Assembly (NCBI RefSeq): GCF_001194135.2
Contig: NC_068996.1
Span: 7,739,012-7,803,011 of the forward strand
Origin: Octopus bimaculoides
Taxonomy: Eukaryota
Direction: 5' to 3'
DNA: 64,000 nucleotides
Part shown: positions 35,797 to 49,675 of the stretch, piece by piece
How the letters are laid out: each line of letters opens with the position of its first letter
How positions within the stretch are numbered: the first letter of the stretch is position 1
Position numbers and translations under genes: made by a program
Notes under the pieces: generated by a model
What the model was told of the DNA's origin: nothing
The model's database searches: none
The model's input: only the letters and a program-made list of their open reading frames with translations

Positions 35797-37382
35797 AGGC
35801 TGCACTACTAAAAAACTTCAAGGTCATTTTTCATTACGTATGCCATTTAGACAACCATGTAGGATGCAGTTTTCTCGTGACATAATTAAATTAATGTGTA
35901 AGAGGGTGTCAAACTAAAAAATTACATTTGCATGAAGAGGGGTAAAACTGTTACTAATATCATACTAAGTCAGACGCTGGGGATAAATGAAGACTAAAAT
36001 ATTGCAATACTCATCAGAATATCTTTAGTTTGAGGTTCAATACGAGCTTGCTAATCAAATTTTCTCATTACTGTTGCATGTTATACTGTTTATTTTATAA
36101 ATGTATATAATTATCTTATTCTATATATATTTCCCTATTTCAGTTCATAAATCCTTTTGTTACCATTTTCTGTTGAAATACACTGCCTTTATTTCAATTA
36201 ATTTTGAAAATATTGAAGAATTTTGTCATTATTAAGCTGATGTTTGGAACATAAATTAACATCGAATTATGATGGGTGATTTTAATTTAGATCACATTAA
36301 AACAGGAAATTTGTATCAGAGAAACAAGTGCAGTCTCAGGCAAATTGACATCAAAAGGATTAATAAAATAGTCAACTCTAATTTATTCAGTTACATAATG
36401 CTTAGATAATATTAAAACATTCTTTAGAATACCTAGATGTTGTATATGAGGAGGCCTCAACCACCAGGCTATGTATCATTTCTGAACAGAAGGGATGAAT
36501 TTTTACATTATATATTTATTTTTCATTGTTTTTACTTTATATATGTATTGCATTTGTAATATATATGTATTATATATATAATAATTTACTTATATATTAT
36601 GAACTTTATCGTGTTTTGTTATGTGCGTAATCTCCCAGTACTGGAAAACCTGTCTTGTGTGGAACCAGTCTGTGGTACAAAAAAAGAAAGGTTGGGGACT
36701 GCTGTTCTATACAGTAAATTAATTTTTGCTCAAATCCAGTAACATGTACATAACTAACAGATATAAACAAACTCGTACATAAATGTCACAGCTGCCAGAT
36801 TCATAAGAAATCAATAATAAATTTAAAATAACACATTCAAAGTCTTTCACTGGTTTCAGTCATTAGACTGAGCTGTGCTGGAGTACCAACTTCAAAGATT
36901 TAATCAATCAGATTGCTCCTAGTATTTTTTTTTCAATCTGGTAGTCATTTTATCGAATCTATTTGTTGAACTGCTACATTACAGGACAATAATAGGGTAT
37001 ACCATGAAAATGTATGTCCTCAGACAGCACTAAAGAACAATGAAAAGAGAGAAGCATGAGATATTGGTCTTGGTACATTTAGTATATTCTGCATTTCAAA
37101 TAGATTGACTTTTTGTTTCTAGAATTTTGAATAGTCTAACATTTGATTAGATATACTTTGTGTGTGTTTGACTGCATGCATGGGGGGGGGGGCTCAGACA
37201 AAATTTTAGGTGAATTTTCTACAGCTTGATGCCCTTCCTATTGCCTACCATCACCTATTTCCTCATGGCCAGACATGTTTTGATGGAAGATTGGAAATAA
37301 ACACCACTTACATGATGGCAACATTTGTTTACAACCATTACATGAAGACAAGGAACGGAGAGAGTAGTGTTCACACACAATA

Positions 37383-37383
<1 letters not shown>

Positions 37384-37478
<95 letters not shown>
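37384..37478. repeat. (TATC)n microsatellite
   Basis: Directly visible. Confidence 0.95.
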
Positions 37479-37479
<1 letters not shown>

Positions 37480-38505
37480 CATCATCATCATCATCATCAT
37501 CANNNNNNNNNNNNNNNNNNNNNNNNNNNNNNNNNNNNNNNNNNNNNNNNNNNNNNNNNNNNNNNNNNNNNNNNNNNNNNNNNNNNNNNNNNNNNNNNNN
37601 NNNNNNNNNNNNNNNNNNNNNNNNNNNNNNNNNNNNNNNNNNNNNNNNNNNNNNNNNNNNNNNNNNNNNNNNNNNNNNNNNNNNNNNNNNNNNNNNNNNN
37701 NNNNNNNNNNNNNNNNNNNNNNNNNNNNNNNNNNNNNNNNNNNNNNNNNNNNNNNNNNNNNNNNNNNNNNNNNNNNNNNNNNNNNNNNNNNNNNNNNNNN
37801 NNNNNNNNNNNNNNNNNNNNNNNNNNNNNNNNNNNNNNNNNNNNNNNNNNNNNNNNNNNNNNNNNNNNNNNNNNNNNNNNNNNNNNNNNNNNNNNNNNNN
37901 NNNNNNNNNNNNNNNNNNNNNNNNNNNNNNNNNNNNNNNNNNNNNNNNNNNNNNNNNNNNNNNNNNNNNNNNNNNNNNNNNNNNNNNNNNNNNNNNNNNN
38001 NNNNNNNNNNNNNNNNNNNNNNNNNNNNNNNNNNNNNNNNNNNNNNNNNNNNNNNNNNNNNNNNNNNNNNNNNNNNNNNNNNNNNNNNNNNNNNNNNNNN
38101 NNNNNNNNNNNNNNNNNNNNNNNNNNNNNNNNNNNNNNNNNNNNNNNNNNNNNNNNNNNNNNNNNNNNNNNNNNNNNNNNNNNNNNNNNNNNNNNNNNNN
38201 NNNNNNNNNNNNNNNNNNNNNNNNNNNNNNNNNNNNNNNNNNNNNNNNNNNNNNNNNNNNNNNNNNNNNNNNNNNNNNNNNNNNNNNNNNNNNNNNNNNN
38301 NNNNNNNNNNGTACGCATGCGTCATACAGTCTGCCTTTTACTCTGAGTGAGAGTCCCTTTGTCGCCAGCAGGGGTAAGAGCTCTCTAAACTTTGCCCAGG
38401 CTATTCTTATTCTAGCAGCTACACTTTCAGCGCACCCACCCCCACTACTAACTTGGTCGCCCAGATAGCGGAAGCTATCGACTACCTCTAGTTTTTTACC
38501 CTGGA
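37480..38505 (-). mobile_element. RTE LINE spanning an assembly gap
   Basis: Right of the gap: GKKLEVVDSFRYLGDQVSSGGGCAESVAARIRIAWAKFRELLPLLATKGLSLRVKGRLYDACV. Left of the gap: (GAT)n tail. The middle is N. Confidence 0.85.
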
Positions 38506-38507
38506 AT

Positions 38508-38542
<35 letters not shown>

Positions 38543-38554
38543 TGTGTGTGTGTG

Positions 38555-38760
38555 TGATTTCAAAATGTAACCACGTGTGTATCGTTAGCAATTTTCTTCC
38601 TCTGTCTTCCCTTCTTTTGGATTTTCCTCTATTTCTGAAGAAGAGCTTTGCTCAAAATGTTAAATCCTCTTTCTTTTCTTTCCTGAGCGTCTGATAATAC
38701 AGTACTTGTACCATGTCCTCACGATTTTTCTTGTTTGTTCTTCTTTGTTTGGATTCACTA
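38555..38760 (+). mobile_element. Penelope pseudo-LTR-like fragment with decayed hammerhead
   Basis: Pyrimidine-rich tract followed by tttCTGAAGAaGAGCtttGCTCaaaatgttaaa. Confidence 0.55.
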
Positions 38761-39499
38761 TATACATATATATATATATATATATTGTAGGGTAGGTTTG
38801 AGAAGCCAGATCTGGTCAGTGTGAACATAACAGAATATTTGGGCCAGATATGACCAGTTTAAATACTGAAGGGTTAAGGTTTTCTATGAAGGAAGATCCA
38901 ACTAAAATTAATACCATTTCTAAGAATAAAACATTATTAAAGCTTCAATTTGTATTTTTAATTAACCCCTTTTCTATGCATCTAGTATCTCTTTAAAAAA
39001 AATTTTGTAAGGTAAACTTTTCAATATTTTACATCCAACTTCTCTACCCATTGGCTCCTAAGAGGATCATTGAGATAAAATCCTCTGCCACCAGAGGATC
39101 CTATCAGAAGCAACAATCAGACGTTCTGGCTGGATTCTCAACTATAATAAACAAAGACCATGGATATTGGTCTCTCCCTCCATCTCTTGCTAGCTGTCTT
39201 GGAGAATCCATCTTGTGATTTTTTTTCAGTGCCATTCAAATCAAATGTCCTTAGTACAGGAGCTATGATCACTCAGTGCAGTAAAGTGATGGTTCAACCG
39301 TGGAAAGAATCCCCAATGTCCAAGCTACACATCCTGTTGATTAACATTACTGCAGAGATCCTTTGGAGAAATCTAATTTTGGCTGCTTGTATTTGCAAAT
39401 CCTATTTGTTCAGTTGTTGTCCAATATTCATTACCATATTTTATATCCTAATTAATTTTTCTGTTAATATAATCTTTTATATCAAAAAAATCAAAAACA

Positions 39500-39655
39500 A
39501 CACAGCACTCACGACTTTGGAAAATTTTCTTTTCATGCTCAGAATTGCTGAAACAGGGAATAAACTACCTGCTTCAGTTATTAGCTGTCGAGACACTACA
39601 CAACTTCCATGCTTCCTGATATTTGCCAACAATACACCTGATGCCCTCTACCCTG
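39500..39655 (+). mobile_element. CR1-like LINE 3' end fragment
   Basis: FLFMLRIAETGNKLPASVI resembles the CR1 terminal motif FFS.RVV..WN.LP; related reverse copy at about 44425-44600 (FFMLRIVKAWNKL). Confidence 0.55.
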
Positions 39656-40323
39656 TTTTTTTTTTTTTTTTTTNNNNNNNNNNTTGAAGACTCAGACTCA
39701 TTCACTGTTCACTTCCTATGCATATTCTATGTACTGTTCATGCAGTTTTTGTTACTTTTTTCTGATGATTTGTAGTGCACCTAAACACTGTATACAATAA
39801 GTTCATCATCATTATTACCTCTGCCTTCATGAAAGCAGAGGTATTGTTTTCAGTTGTGTTTGTTTGTCTGTCTGTGGACAAGAATCTCAAGAACCGCCGG
39901 ATGGATTCGGATGAAACTTTCAGGGATATTTGGCCTCATGATTGGCACAAACTGATTAGATTTTGGGATCGATCAAGTACCGGACAAGGATTCTGGATTA
40001 TTTTTTATATTTTCTTTACTTTACATGTAAAGTTTCATATAGTTCTCTTGTATATACACACACATACACTCACACATTTTCAGCATTGAACATTACCATC
40101 CCATTTCCACTGTACACACACATGCACGCAAACATACCTCTCTTTTACACACACATATACTCACACTTCAAACACCATTTATTGGCTTTTTCACTTCTTC
40201 CTTCGTTATTCATCTATCACCCTTTCCTCTTTCATTCACACGACGCTCTCTTTGCCCCATTTATCCCCTCTACCTTCACCTCTCACTCCGGCTCATTCAT
40301 ATATATATACATATATATATATT

Positions 40324-40361
<38 letters not shown>

Positions 40362-41749
40362 TATGTAAAAAGACAATGCTCATTATTAATTATATAAGGA
40401 TATTATACATATATTTTAACACTTTACAGTATACTTACATATACATAATTCTATACATTGATCTAAAACAAGAGGATTACTAAAAGAAGACCAGAATTTA
40501 AGACCACGATACAGTATGCATTTCATTACAATTATAATTTTTATGTTTAATTACGTTTCTCTACCAAAGTTCCTGTTGCATTTCAACCAGTGTTTCCAAA
40601 ACTTTTACGTAGTTGACTCCCAAAGACTTATCAATATGTGTGCACTCAAGTCATGCAAATATTTTCATTACCCATTCAACACACACACAGCATTACAAAC
40701 ACAACCTGCACATTCCATGACTTCCATTGGGATCGATCAGGTACCAGACAAGGTATATGAAATATTTTTCTGTTTGAGAGCGATCGGATTCATTTTTAGT
40801 ATTCTCATTTGTGAGAGCAGTCAATTTTATTTCAGATATTCTATTTTAAAAATCGTTGAGAGGACATTGCTATTATTATTATTATTATTATTATTATTAG
40901 GTGCAAGCTGGCAGAATCGTTAGCAAAAATAGCTGAGCAAAATTGCTTTGCAGTATTTAGTCCATCCTTGCATTCTGAGTTCAAATTCTGCTGAGGTCAT
41001 CCTTTCAAGGTCAATAAATTAAGTACCAGTGAAATACTGGGGTCAACATAATTGACTAGTCCCCCTCCCTCAAATTTCAGGCCTTATGCCTATAGTAGAA
41101 AGGATTATTATTATTATTACTATTATTATTAAAGCAGCAAGCTGGCAGAAACATTAGCACACTGGACAAAATTCTTAGCAGTATTTCGCCCATCACTACA
41201 TTCTGAGTTCAAATTCTGCTAGGGTCAACTTTGTCTTTCATCTTTTTGAGGTCAATAAATTAAGTATCAATGAAACACTGGGGCTCGTCATAATTGACTA
41301 GTTCCCTTCCCCAAAATTTCAGAAAGGGTTATTATTATTATATAACATTTTGTTAATGTACTTGCATGGTGAGTGATTTGATCTGGGACTGCATTTTGAA
41401 ACTAAAATAATTAGTGAAGAAGACACAATTTAGCCATTCAGAAATCACAATAGCTTAACTTCACTTACGTATTTATTAGTTGGTGACAAAATTTTGTTGC
41501 ACCAACCGTGACCAGGTCACAGCTGGTGCCACAGTAATTGGATATAAATCTACAAAATATTATACATCTATATATCATTTTCTTCTTACAGAACTCATAA
41601 GTTTTTAGCATTTAAATTCTTTTTTTTTTTTTAGAATTTAGATACAATAAAAAAATAAATAATCCAGCCATTGTTTGTGAGAATATGTAACTGGATAGGC
41701 TTATCTAAACCTTGATAATGTAAAAATCACATGAATTATATATTATAGG

Positions 41750-42105
41750 CATGGCTATGTGACTAAAGCTTTCGTTGCAACCATGTGGTTTTGAGTTCAG
41801 TTCCACAGTGCAGCAATGTTTCCTACTACAGCCCTAGGTCAATTAATGCTTTGTGAGTGAATTTGGTAAATGGAAATTGTATGGAAGCCCATTGTGTGTG
41901 TGTGTATGTGTGTGTGTGTCAACTGTTTAACAACTGGTGATGGCTTGTTTACATCCCAGTGACTTAGCAGTTTGGCAAAAATGACTGATAGAATAAGTAC
42001 CAGACTTGAGAAAAAAAAAATTAAGTACTGGGGTCAGTATGTCCAACTAAAACCCTTGAAGGTGGTGCCCCAGCATGACCACAGTCCAATGACTGAAAGA
42101 AGAAA
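41750..42105 (+). mobile_element. tRNA-derived SINE, family A
   Basis: Collinear with 6258-6612; another full copy lies at about 47790-48190. Confidence 0.75.
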
Positions 42106-43652
42106 TATGTGAAATTTCAAATTAATGAAGAAGTGCTAATATTTTTACTGCACATACATTTATTGTTTAGCTTGATCAAGCAAGAAAACTTATGATTAAA
42201 GGTCATTCCAGTAATGGCCATCCCACATGTAAATATCTATATGTTATTTCTTTCCAGATAGGATATAATTTGAGGCATATTTGGCTGCTATTTCTATCAT
42301 GTCAATCAACTGACCATGTAATGACACCTTTGTTCACTCATTATTGGACACACGCATACATATAACCTTCACAAGTGTAAATGATAGAGAAATCATTAAG
42401 ATAATTAATAGTTAGGAGTAAATAAACCCCCAGATTGTAGAAAAACAGGTTTTTTTGCAGAGAGGGGTGTTTATGGAGTGGCTAGGTGATGGATTTGTTC
42501 CGAAATAAATAAAGACAACAGAGGAACAGCAAATAAATCTGGAAACAAGTTATATAGAATGTAGAATAAAAAAAACAAAAAAAAGAAATCAAAAACAGAA
42601 ACTACTAAAATGAAAAGTTCTGTTAGTGGTCAGTAGTGGAGTTGCTGGTGGTTTTGGTGGTGGCAGTAGCAACAGCGACAGTAGTGGTGGTATTGTAGGT
42701 GGTGGCAGTGTTATTGTAGGCAGTGGTATTGGTGGTGGTGGTGGAGGTATAATTTCCTAATGGTGGTGACGTTGGTGGAGATGGTTATGCTATTGGTGGC
42801 AGTGGTGCTGCTGCCGCTGTTGATGTTGGTTGTGGACAGCAGTTATTGTTTCTCAAGGAGGAGGAAGATTAAAAACAACAAGGAATGGTATGGGATTAAA
42901 AGGGATTATTTATAAATTACTTAAATTGGTTACGAAAGAAAGCTTTTTCTAGAACTGCTTGCATAATTAGAGTCTTAGAGCTGACATTAAAAAGTTGCTA
43001 GTCAGAATATGTCAACAACTGATGTGGTTTTGAGTTTCAAAATGTTATTTTATTTTTTAAGGATTTTTATTTCTTTTATTTTTTTCTTTGCTTAAATGGA
43101 AGATTTTAAAAATCATTGTTGTTGATGTTATTGTCAGTGCTGCTGCTGCTACGACTATTTTTTTTTTTGCCAATAAAAATTAACTTGACATAAAGCTTTT
43201 GTAAATGGCATTTTAACTACCAAATTTCATTCAAAAGGTATTGGTCAACTCGTGGGTATATTAGAAGAAACTTGCTCAATAATAATAATAATAATAATAA
43301 AGAAAAAATGTTTTCTAATCGATGCATCAATATGACAATGTCTATAAGAAATGGAAAAAGTTTCACGATACAATTATTTGGAAATAGAGATAACGAGAAT
43401 GTGGAGTCTAAAAACAGAAACAATTCCTATCATAGTAGGGGCATTAGGTATGATAAAAAAAATATTCAGACAAATCTGTAACAAAAACACCAGGACTCAC
43501 AAGTATATATAACTAGGCACTGCACACATCCTACATAAATCACTTTCAATACAGTGAAAATAAGAGCATCACAACAAACCACAGCACATATCCAAGGTAT
43601 ACAGAGCTGAGATCAGTAATGCAGTGAAAGCACCTGATAAAAACAAGACTAG

Positions 43653-43685
<33 letters not shown>

Positions 43686-43689
43686 GTAA

Positions 43690-44175
43690 TAATCTATGAC
43701 AGAATAAAGGCAGGACAACAGGAGAACGATAGCGACATTATTTGCGACCTTAAAAAGGTTGATCGATGGAAATTGAACCAAGAAACCATAAATGTCAATG
43801 AAATTCTGAAATACATCAGAACAAACAACATCACAAAAACAAATAATTTGATTAAGGCAGCAAGTATTGTTGTAGCAGAAAACGTGGGTATGGATGTCAA
43901 GAAATAGAAATATAATGGGAGTGACAAAAGAAAAGATCCATGGTGGAAAAGAAGAATACAGGCGGGGTTAGATANNNNNNNNNNTGGATGTCAAGAAATA
44001 GAAATATAATGGGAGTGACAAAAGAAAAGATCCATGGTGGAAAAGAAGAATACAGGCGGGGTTAGATATGCTCTCGAAGGAAATTTCGGTGTTAGACCGA
44101 AATGAGAAAGCGGGAGCTTAAAAGCGAACAAAAATATAGGGCGCTGATAAGGAAGTATAATATTGAAAAAGAAAG
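43690..44175 (+). mobile_element. R4/Dong-like ORF N-terminal fragment
   Basis: VNEILKYIRTNNITKTNNLIKAASIVVAENVG..DPWWKRRIQ resembles the R4/Dong N-terminal region (recalled); preceded by (AAT)n; contains a gap-flank duplication. Confidence 0.6.
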
Positions 44176-45115
44176 GGCCATGTAAAAGTGTTCATGTTAA
44201 AGGGGCACATTAAAAGCACTTGGCTCACACTGTAAAGTGGTAAGCATTAGGAAGAGCATCCAGCCATAGAAACCAAACCAAATCAAATCAAACTCGAACC
44301 TAGTGCAGCTCCCCAACTTGCCAGCTCCTGTCAAATCATCCAACTCATGCCATCATGAAAAACAGACGTTAAAGGATGAGGAGGAGGAGGAGGAGGAGCA
44401 GCAGAGAATAAACTCAAGACAGGAAAATGAACATAAAAATAGTCATAAAGATGAAAGAGTGCAAAGAGTGTATCAGGAATAACGTCAATGAGTTTCAGGA
44501 ATCTTGGAATTTTGAATAGATAAAGAGGCTTCATAATCAAACAGAGTTTATTCCATGCTTTCACAATTCTGAGCATGAAAAAATATTTCTCAGTCTCAAT
44601 ACTTCTCAACTTCTCAGATATTTCTCAAAGAGTACTGTTTTGTTTTTTTGATTTTCATAAGCATGTCCATGGCTGCTAAAGATAATGAATTAAAAGAATG
44701 TAGCCAAAGTTAATGTTGGAAAGATGGTGGGTTATTTTGTTGGGTTCTACCAAATCAACTGGTCTACATTTAAAATATGGTGACTGACAGCAGGTATTCA
44801 TCTGGCTGCACATTTCTGAACAACTTCTGATAGACTGATATTCAGAACAAGAGGGAGATTTAAATTGCCCCTTGGAGTGCAATTGAAACCAAATTCACAT
44901 TCTTGCAAAGTGGATATTTTGTCCATGCAACCATGCTTTAATGACAGTATAAAATAAACAAGTTGCTTTCTCGTTTGTATCTCCATATCAACCTCAGTCA
45001 AGCAACAGAATTATTTGTCACATAGGAAATCAGCCAATTAACATTAAGAGATTTATAGTATGGGATACAATATAGTAATCAGGATGTATTGCATTCCCCC
45101 CACCCTCAATCCAGC

Positions 45116-45340
45116 AGAGGAAGTATTGAAAAGTTCCTAGTTTTAAAATTTCCTGGTATTACAAAAGACCTGGTTGGAGCACAACCTTCCAAGTTCTTTT
45201 ACAGGGCTTAGAAAAACTGAAAGAACCACTGCAATAAGTGTGTGAATCTGAGAGGGGAATATGTTGAATAGAATTATAATTAAATGATCCTCCTGTATTT
45301 TCTTTGACCCAAAGCCAGGAACTTTTCAGTACCACCTCAT
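45116..45340. mobile_element. mariner-type MITE
   Basis: TIR ..tgaaaagttcct / aggaacttttcag..; homologous to 46802-47013. Confidence 0.7.
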
Positions 45341-46801
45341 TTGTGAGAGTACACACACACACACACACACACAGGTTGAATCTCTTTAGTCTGGCAATTC
45401 ATAGCCTGCCAACTCCTCACAGCCCAGCACCTTTTGAATCTGGTCATTAGTTTTGGTGGATCTACAACCATAGCAGCACTGTTAGGCAACAGATTTAGGC
45501 TTACGCTGGAACTATCAGCTGAATGTCTGACACAATCTTGTTAATTTCACATGATCAGCTGTATTTTAGACTTTCAGGAATTCATCCAAGAGACCAAAAG
45601 TTACAGAAAACTGTGCTGGTGCTAGAATGTGTAAATTGGCAAATACCAGCTCTATTCCAAGCCTAGAAACAAAAAAAAAGAACCCTGCCCTTTCCCCTCA
45701 AATAATTATCAAGAAAGGATGTGGGGACAAAAACTTTCACAATGAAAATGCAAAAAGTTTGCATCCATTTAATTCTTTACTATGGTAAAGATGTGCCTTA
45801 TTTTTATTTTAAAAATGTTAATCTTCACATCCACCACCACCACCACCACCACCACAGTGAGGTGTCCCCCACCTCTCTTAATATCAATTTCTTTATGCTT
45901 CTCATCTACTTCACACTGCCAAAATAATTCTTTACTGATTTTTTACATCAATTTCTCCAAACTTTTTAAAAGGTGGTTCATTTATTGGCACAATCATTTC
46001 TTTTACGTTACGTTCTTCTTACCACTAACCTGAATCCAAGGAAACTGTCAATGTGTACATAAGTAACAATTAGTCAAGACAAGAAATTGATTATCAATAA
46101 GTTCAATTATTGTGAGTAATAAAGAATCTAATGTTGCAGGCCTTGTCTTTCATCTGAGAGAGAAAGAAAGAACGAGAGTGAGTTTATGTGGTGGTGTTGC
46201 TTTAGTTCTAGGCATTTTGTTCTCTTTTTTTCTCACTTTGGCTGCCACATGAAACCACTGATCAAAGGATGAATTGTTTATAAGTATCCAAACAGTGTCA
46301 ATGCAAAAACAAGTAGAAATAAACAGAGAAACACGCATACACACAAACACACATATAAACACACAAACACACATATAAACACACAAACATTTGTGTGTGT
46401 GTGTGTGTATATGTACACACACAAACACACATGAAATGTTACATTCTGCAATTCATACCAACTGAATTCATCAGACACTCAAGTAGAGGAAGCAGAATAA
46501 GATAATTTTTTCAGAGACCCAACAGCACAATGAATGTCATAAGATTTGAACTTATACAGCCTTATGAGAGAGATCAATAGTAATGAATTATAGGTATTCC
46601 TTCCCTAAACAATCACCGATAGCCGTTTTACCAATGCTAGCTTGGAAACAACTTGCATGTAAAATTGTCCTCACTATCAGAAACACCTCATAAAAGAAAT
46701 AATTTTAAAAAAAGATGCAGTATTTTAGGTATGTGCCTTCTACTATAGCCTTGGGTTGACCAATACCTTATGAGTAAGAAGCACGGTGAAGACCTGTTGT
46801 A

Positions 46802-47013
46802 CAAGGGGAGCTGAAAAGTTCCTGGTTTTAAGGGTATCACAAAAGGCCTGGTTGGAGGCCCAACCTTCTGAGTTCTTTTACAGGGCTTAGGAAAACTGAA
46901 GGATCACTGCAATAAGTATGTGAATCTTAGAAGAGGATTATTGAATAAAATCACAATTATCTGATCCTCCTGTATTTTCTTTTACCCAAAGCCAGGAACT
47001 TTTCAGCACTGCC
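46802..47013. mobile_element. mariner-type MITE
   Basis: ta|caaggggagctgaaaagttcctgg ... ccaggaacttttcagcact..ta. Confidence 0.72.
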
Positions 47014-49675
47014 TAATATATTTAAGTGTGTAAGTTTTTGTGGGCATGTATGAGCCAATATTCATTGGTTTACCAACTAATGTTGCTTTATTTACACCCC
47101 CATATCTTAGCAGTTAAGCAATGGAGCACCAGACTTAATAGCCGAGATTGATTTAAACAAAATCCTTCAAAACAGCTTCCCTAACATGACCACAGTCCAA
47201 TGACTGAAACAAGTAAAAGACTAAAATAGTTCTTGGATTATTCCTTCAGCTTTGATCAGCTAACCTGCTGCAACCATTTGGAAAATTTGAAGATATGTAA
47301 ATTTCACCTGTAGACTTCAATAAGTCAAAGGCTATACCACCATTGGTTTACTCTTTTGTTAACATGTTTCCACTGCATGATTCAGTGGTTAGAGCGTCGG
47401 GCACACAATCATGAGGTAGTGAGTTCAATTTCTGGACCAGGCTGTATGTTTTGTTCTTGAGCAAGACACTACGGTTGACTTGGCTGTAGAAATGAGTTGT
47501 GATGTCACTGGTGCCAAGCTGTGTCAGTCTTTGCCTTTCCCTTGGATAATATCAGTGGCATGGAGGGTGGGGTAGCTGGTATGCATGGTTGACCGCTGGT
47601 CTTCCACAAACAACCTTGCCCTGACTTGTGTCTCAGAGGGGAACTTTCTAAGTGCAATCTTATGGTCATTCATGATCAAAGAGAGTCTTTACCCTTTACC
47701 CTGTTGAAATACAGTATCTTTGTCTCAATCTTTATAATAATAAAAACTGCTTAAAATAACATTGTCATTACAAAGCTGGTGTTTAGAACGAAAAATGAAT
47801 GTGCAAATGTGGTGGTGTGGTAAGAAGTTTGCTTCCCAACCACATGGTTCCGGATTCAGTCCCATTGTGTAGCACCTTGGGCAAGTGTCTTCTAATATAG
47901 TACTAGGGCTACCAAAGCCTTATGAGAAGATTTGATAGACAGAAACTGAAAGAAACCCATTGTAAATATATGTTTGTGTGTGTGTATATGTCTGTTTATT
48001 ACTCACTACTGCTTCACAACTAGTGTTGGTTTGTTTATATCCCCATAACTTAAGTTTGGCAAAAGAGACTGATTAAATAAGCTACCAAGCTTAAAATGAA
48101 ATAAGTACTGCGATCAATTTTTTCAACTAAACACATCAAGGTGGTGTCCCAGCATGGCCACAGTCTAATGAAACAGGTAAAAGATGAAAGATACAAGACT
48201 GTTGGAGGGCTTTAATTTAACCCTTAAGCATTCAGATTATTCTGCCATGAGTATTGCTTATTTATTCATGTCATTTTGGATTAACTGTGCATCACTTTGA
48301 TGTGATTTTTTTTTTTTAGAATGATATTGGAGGGTAGGCGTGGGAGGCTGAATCTGGCTAGTGTTAAAAACAGAAAGAATATTTGAGCCAGATATGGCTG
48401 GTTTAAATGTTAAGGGATTAAAATCATTTTAAAACCAGATGTTTGTATCGTAGAACCAAAAGCAGCCTGAGATAGGTTGGTATCAAAATGGTTGAAGAAC
48501 TAAGAACTATTGACAGGTTGACAGAGGATTAGTTTTTATCAAGAGGATATACTGGATGGGTGGGGGTTTGAATAAAATCCTTGTCAGCAATCAATATTAA
48601 TGTTTCAAAGTAGAGGTTTTCAAACTATTTTTCTTATCTCTGTTTGCTCTCAAGAACAGAGCAAATAGAATATTTTGATGTACTTTATGCAAAAATTGGA
48701 AAAAAAAAAAAAAAAAACTGTACTGAAATACATTCTGTATATTTTGGCCTACTAATAGATATAAATTACTTTAAACTTGGTAAAGTATAGAATTTCAGTT
48801 TTTATTTTTTATTTTTTAGTGAATTTCTTCCTTGCATGCATAGCTACATCACATTAGCAAGCCAAGGAATACTATGTGGAGACATTAGAAACATTTCACT
48901 TAATTAGAAATGAGATTTTATAATCTCTCTTATGCAGGTTCAGTAAATACAATTACTGTATGACGCAGTATGTAATGTGTTCTGTATGGCATTACTGCAT
49001 GTAAGGGTCTAATGTATTACTCTAAGTATAGGCTGTCTGTAGTACATTACAATATCTTCCCTAACAGATGTATGTACGCATGTCTTGTATGATGTGTGTG
49101 CATGTGCATATATGAATGTATATATTTGTATATGTGAGTGTATGAAAGTGTGTGTGTATGTGTGAGCGTGCGCATACTTGTGCATGTGTACCTGAGTGTT
49201 CGAACAGGTGTATGCACATATGCAAGTGCATACAAGAATGAGTAGAAGTGTGAGTGTGTATGACTAAGTATGACTATCTGTGCAGGTGTTCATGTGCATA
49301 CACACGCACACACACTGATAGATACACATATATATGGATCTTCAACAAATTATGCATATGAATACAATATATCTTTTACTTGCCCTGTATTACTAACTAG
49401 TACACTGATGTACATTTATGAACTAAGGTACATTGTTATACCAGAACACAGAGTGCCTGGCCGCATGTCAGAGTACCTGGACACACATCACAGTACCTGG
49501 CCGCGCACCAGAGTATCTAGTCTAATATATTGTGCATCCAGTGTAGGGCATCTGTAGTATTCTGCAATGTGTAGCTTAGATTGATTACCCATTCTAGATC
49601 AAACTGCTAGTGGAAAAAAAAGTGCTTGAACAATGACGAAGCTAGTAATTATAATATTCAACTTTATTTTCATTC

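Noticed and set aside
37210-38563. Long ORFs of 270-380 aa (also 31121-31754, 49755-50746, 22724-23142)
   Set aside because: They are artefacts of translating N runs and flanking microsatellites.
43891-44068. 84-bp tandem duplication
   Set aside because: Identical copies flank a 10-N gap, typical of unmerged contig overlap; the same is seen around 9400-9450.
47265-47307. 43-nt candidate upstream exon ending in phase 2
   Set aside because: Weak polypyrimidine tract and no similarity to the expected FLF.EL.DT segment.
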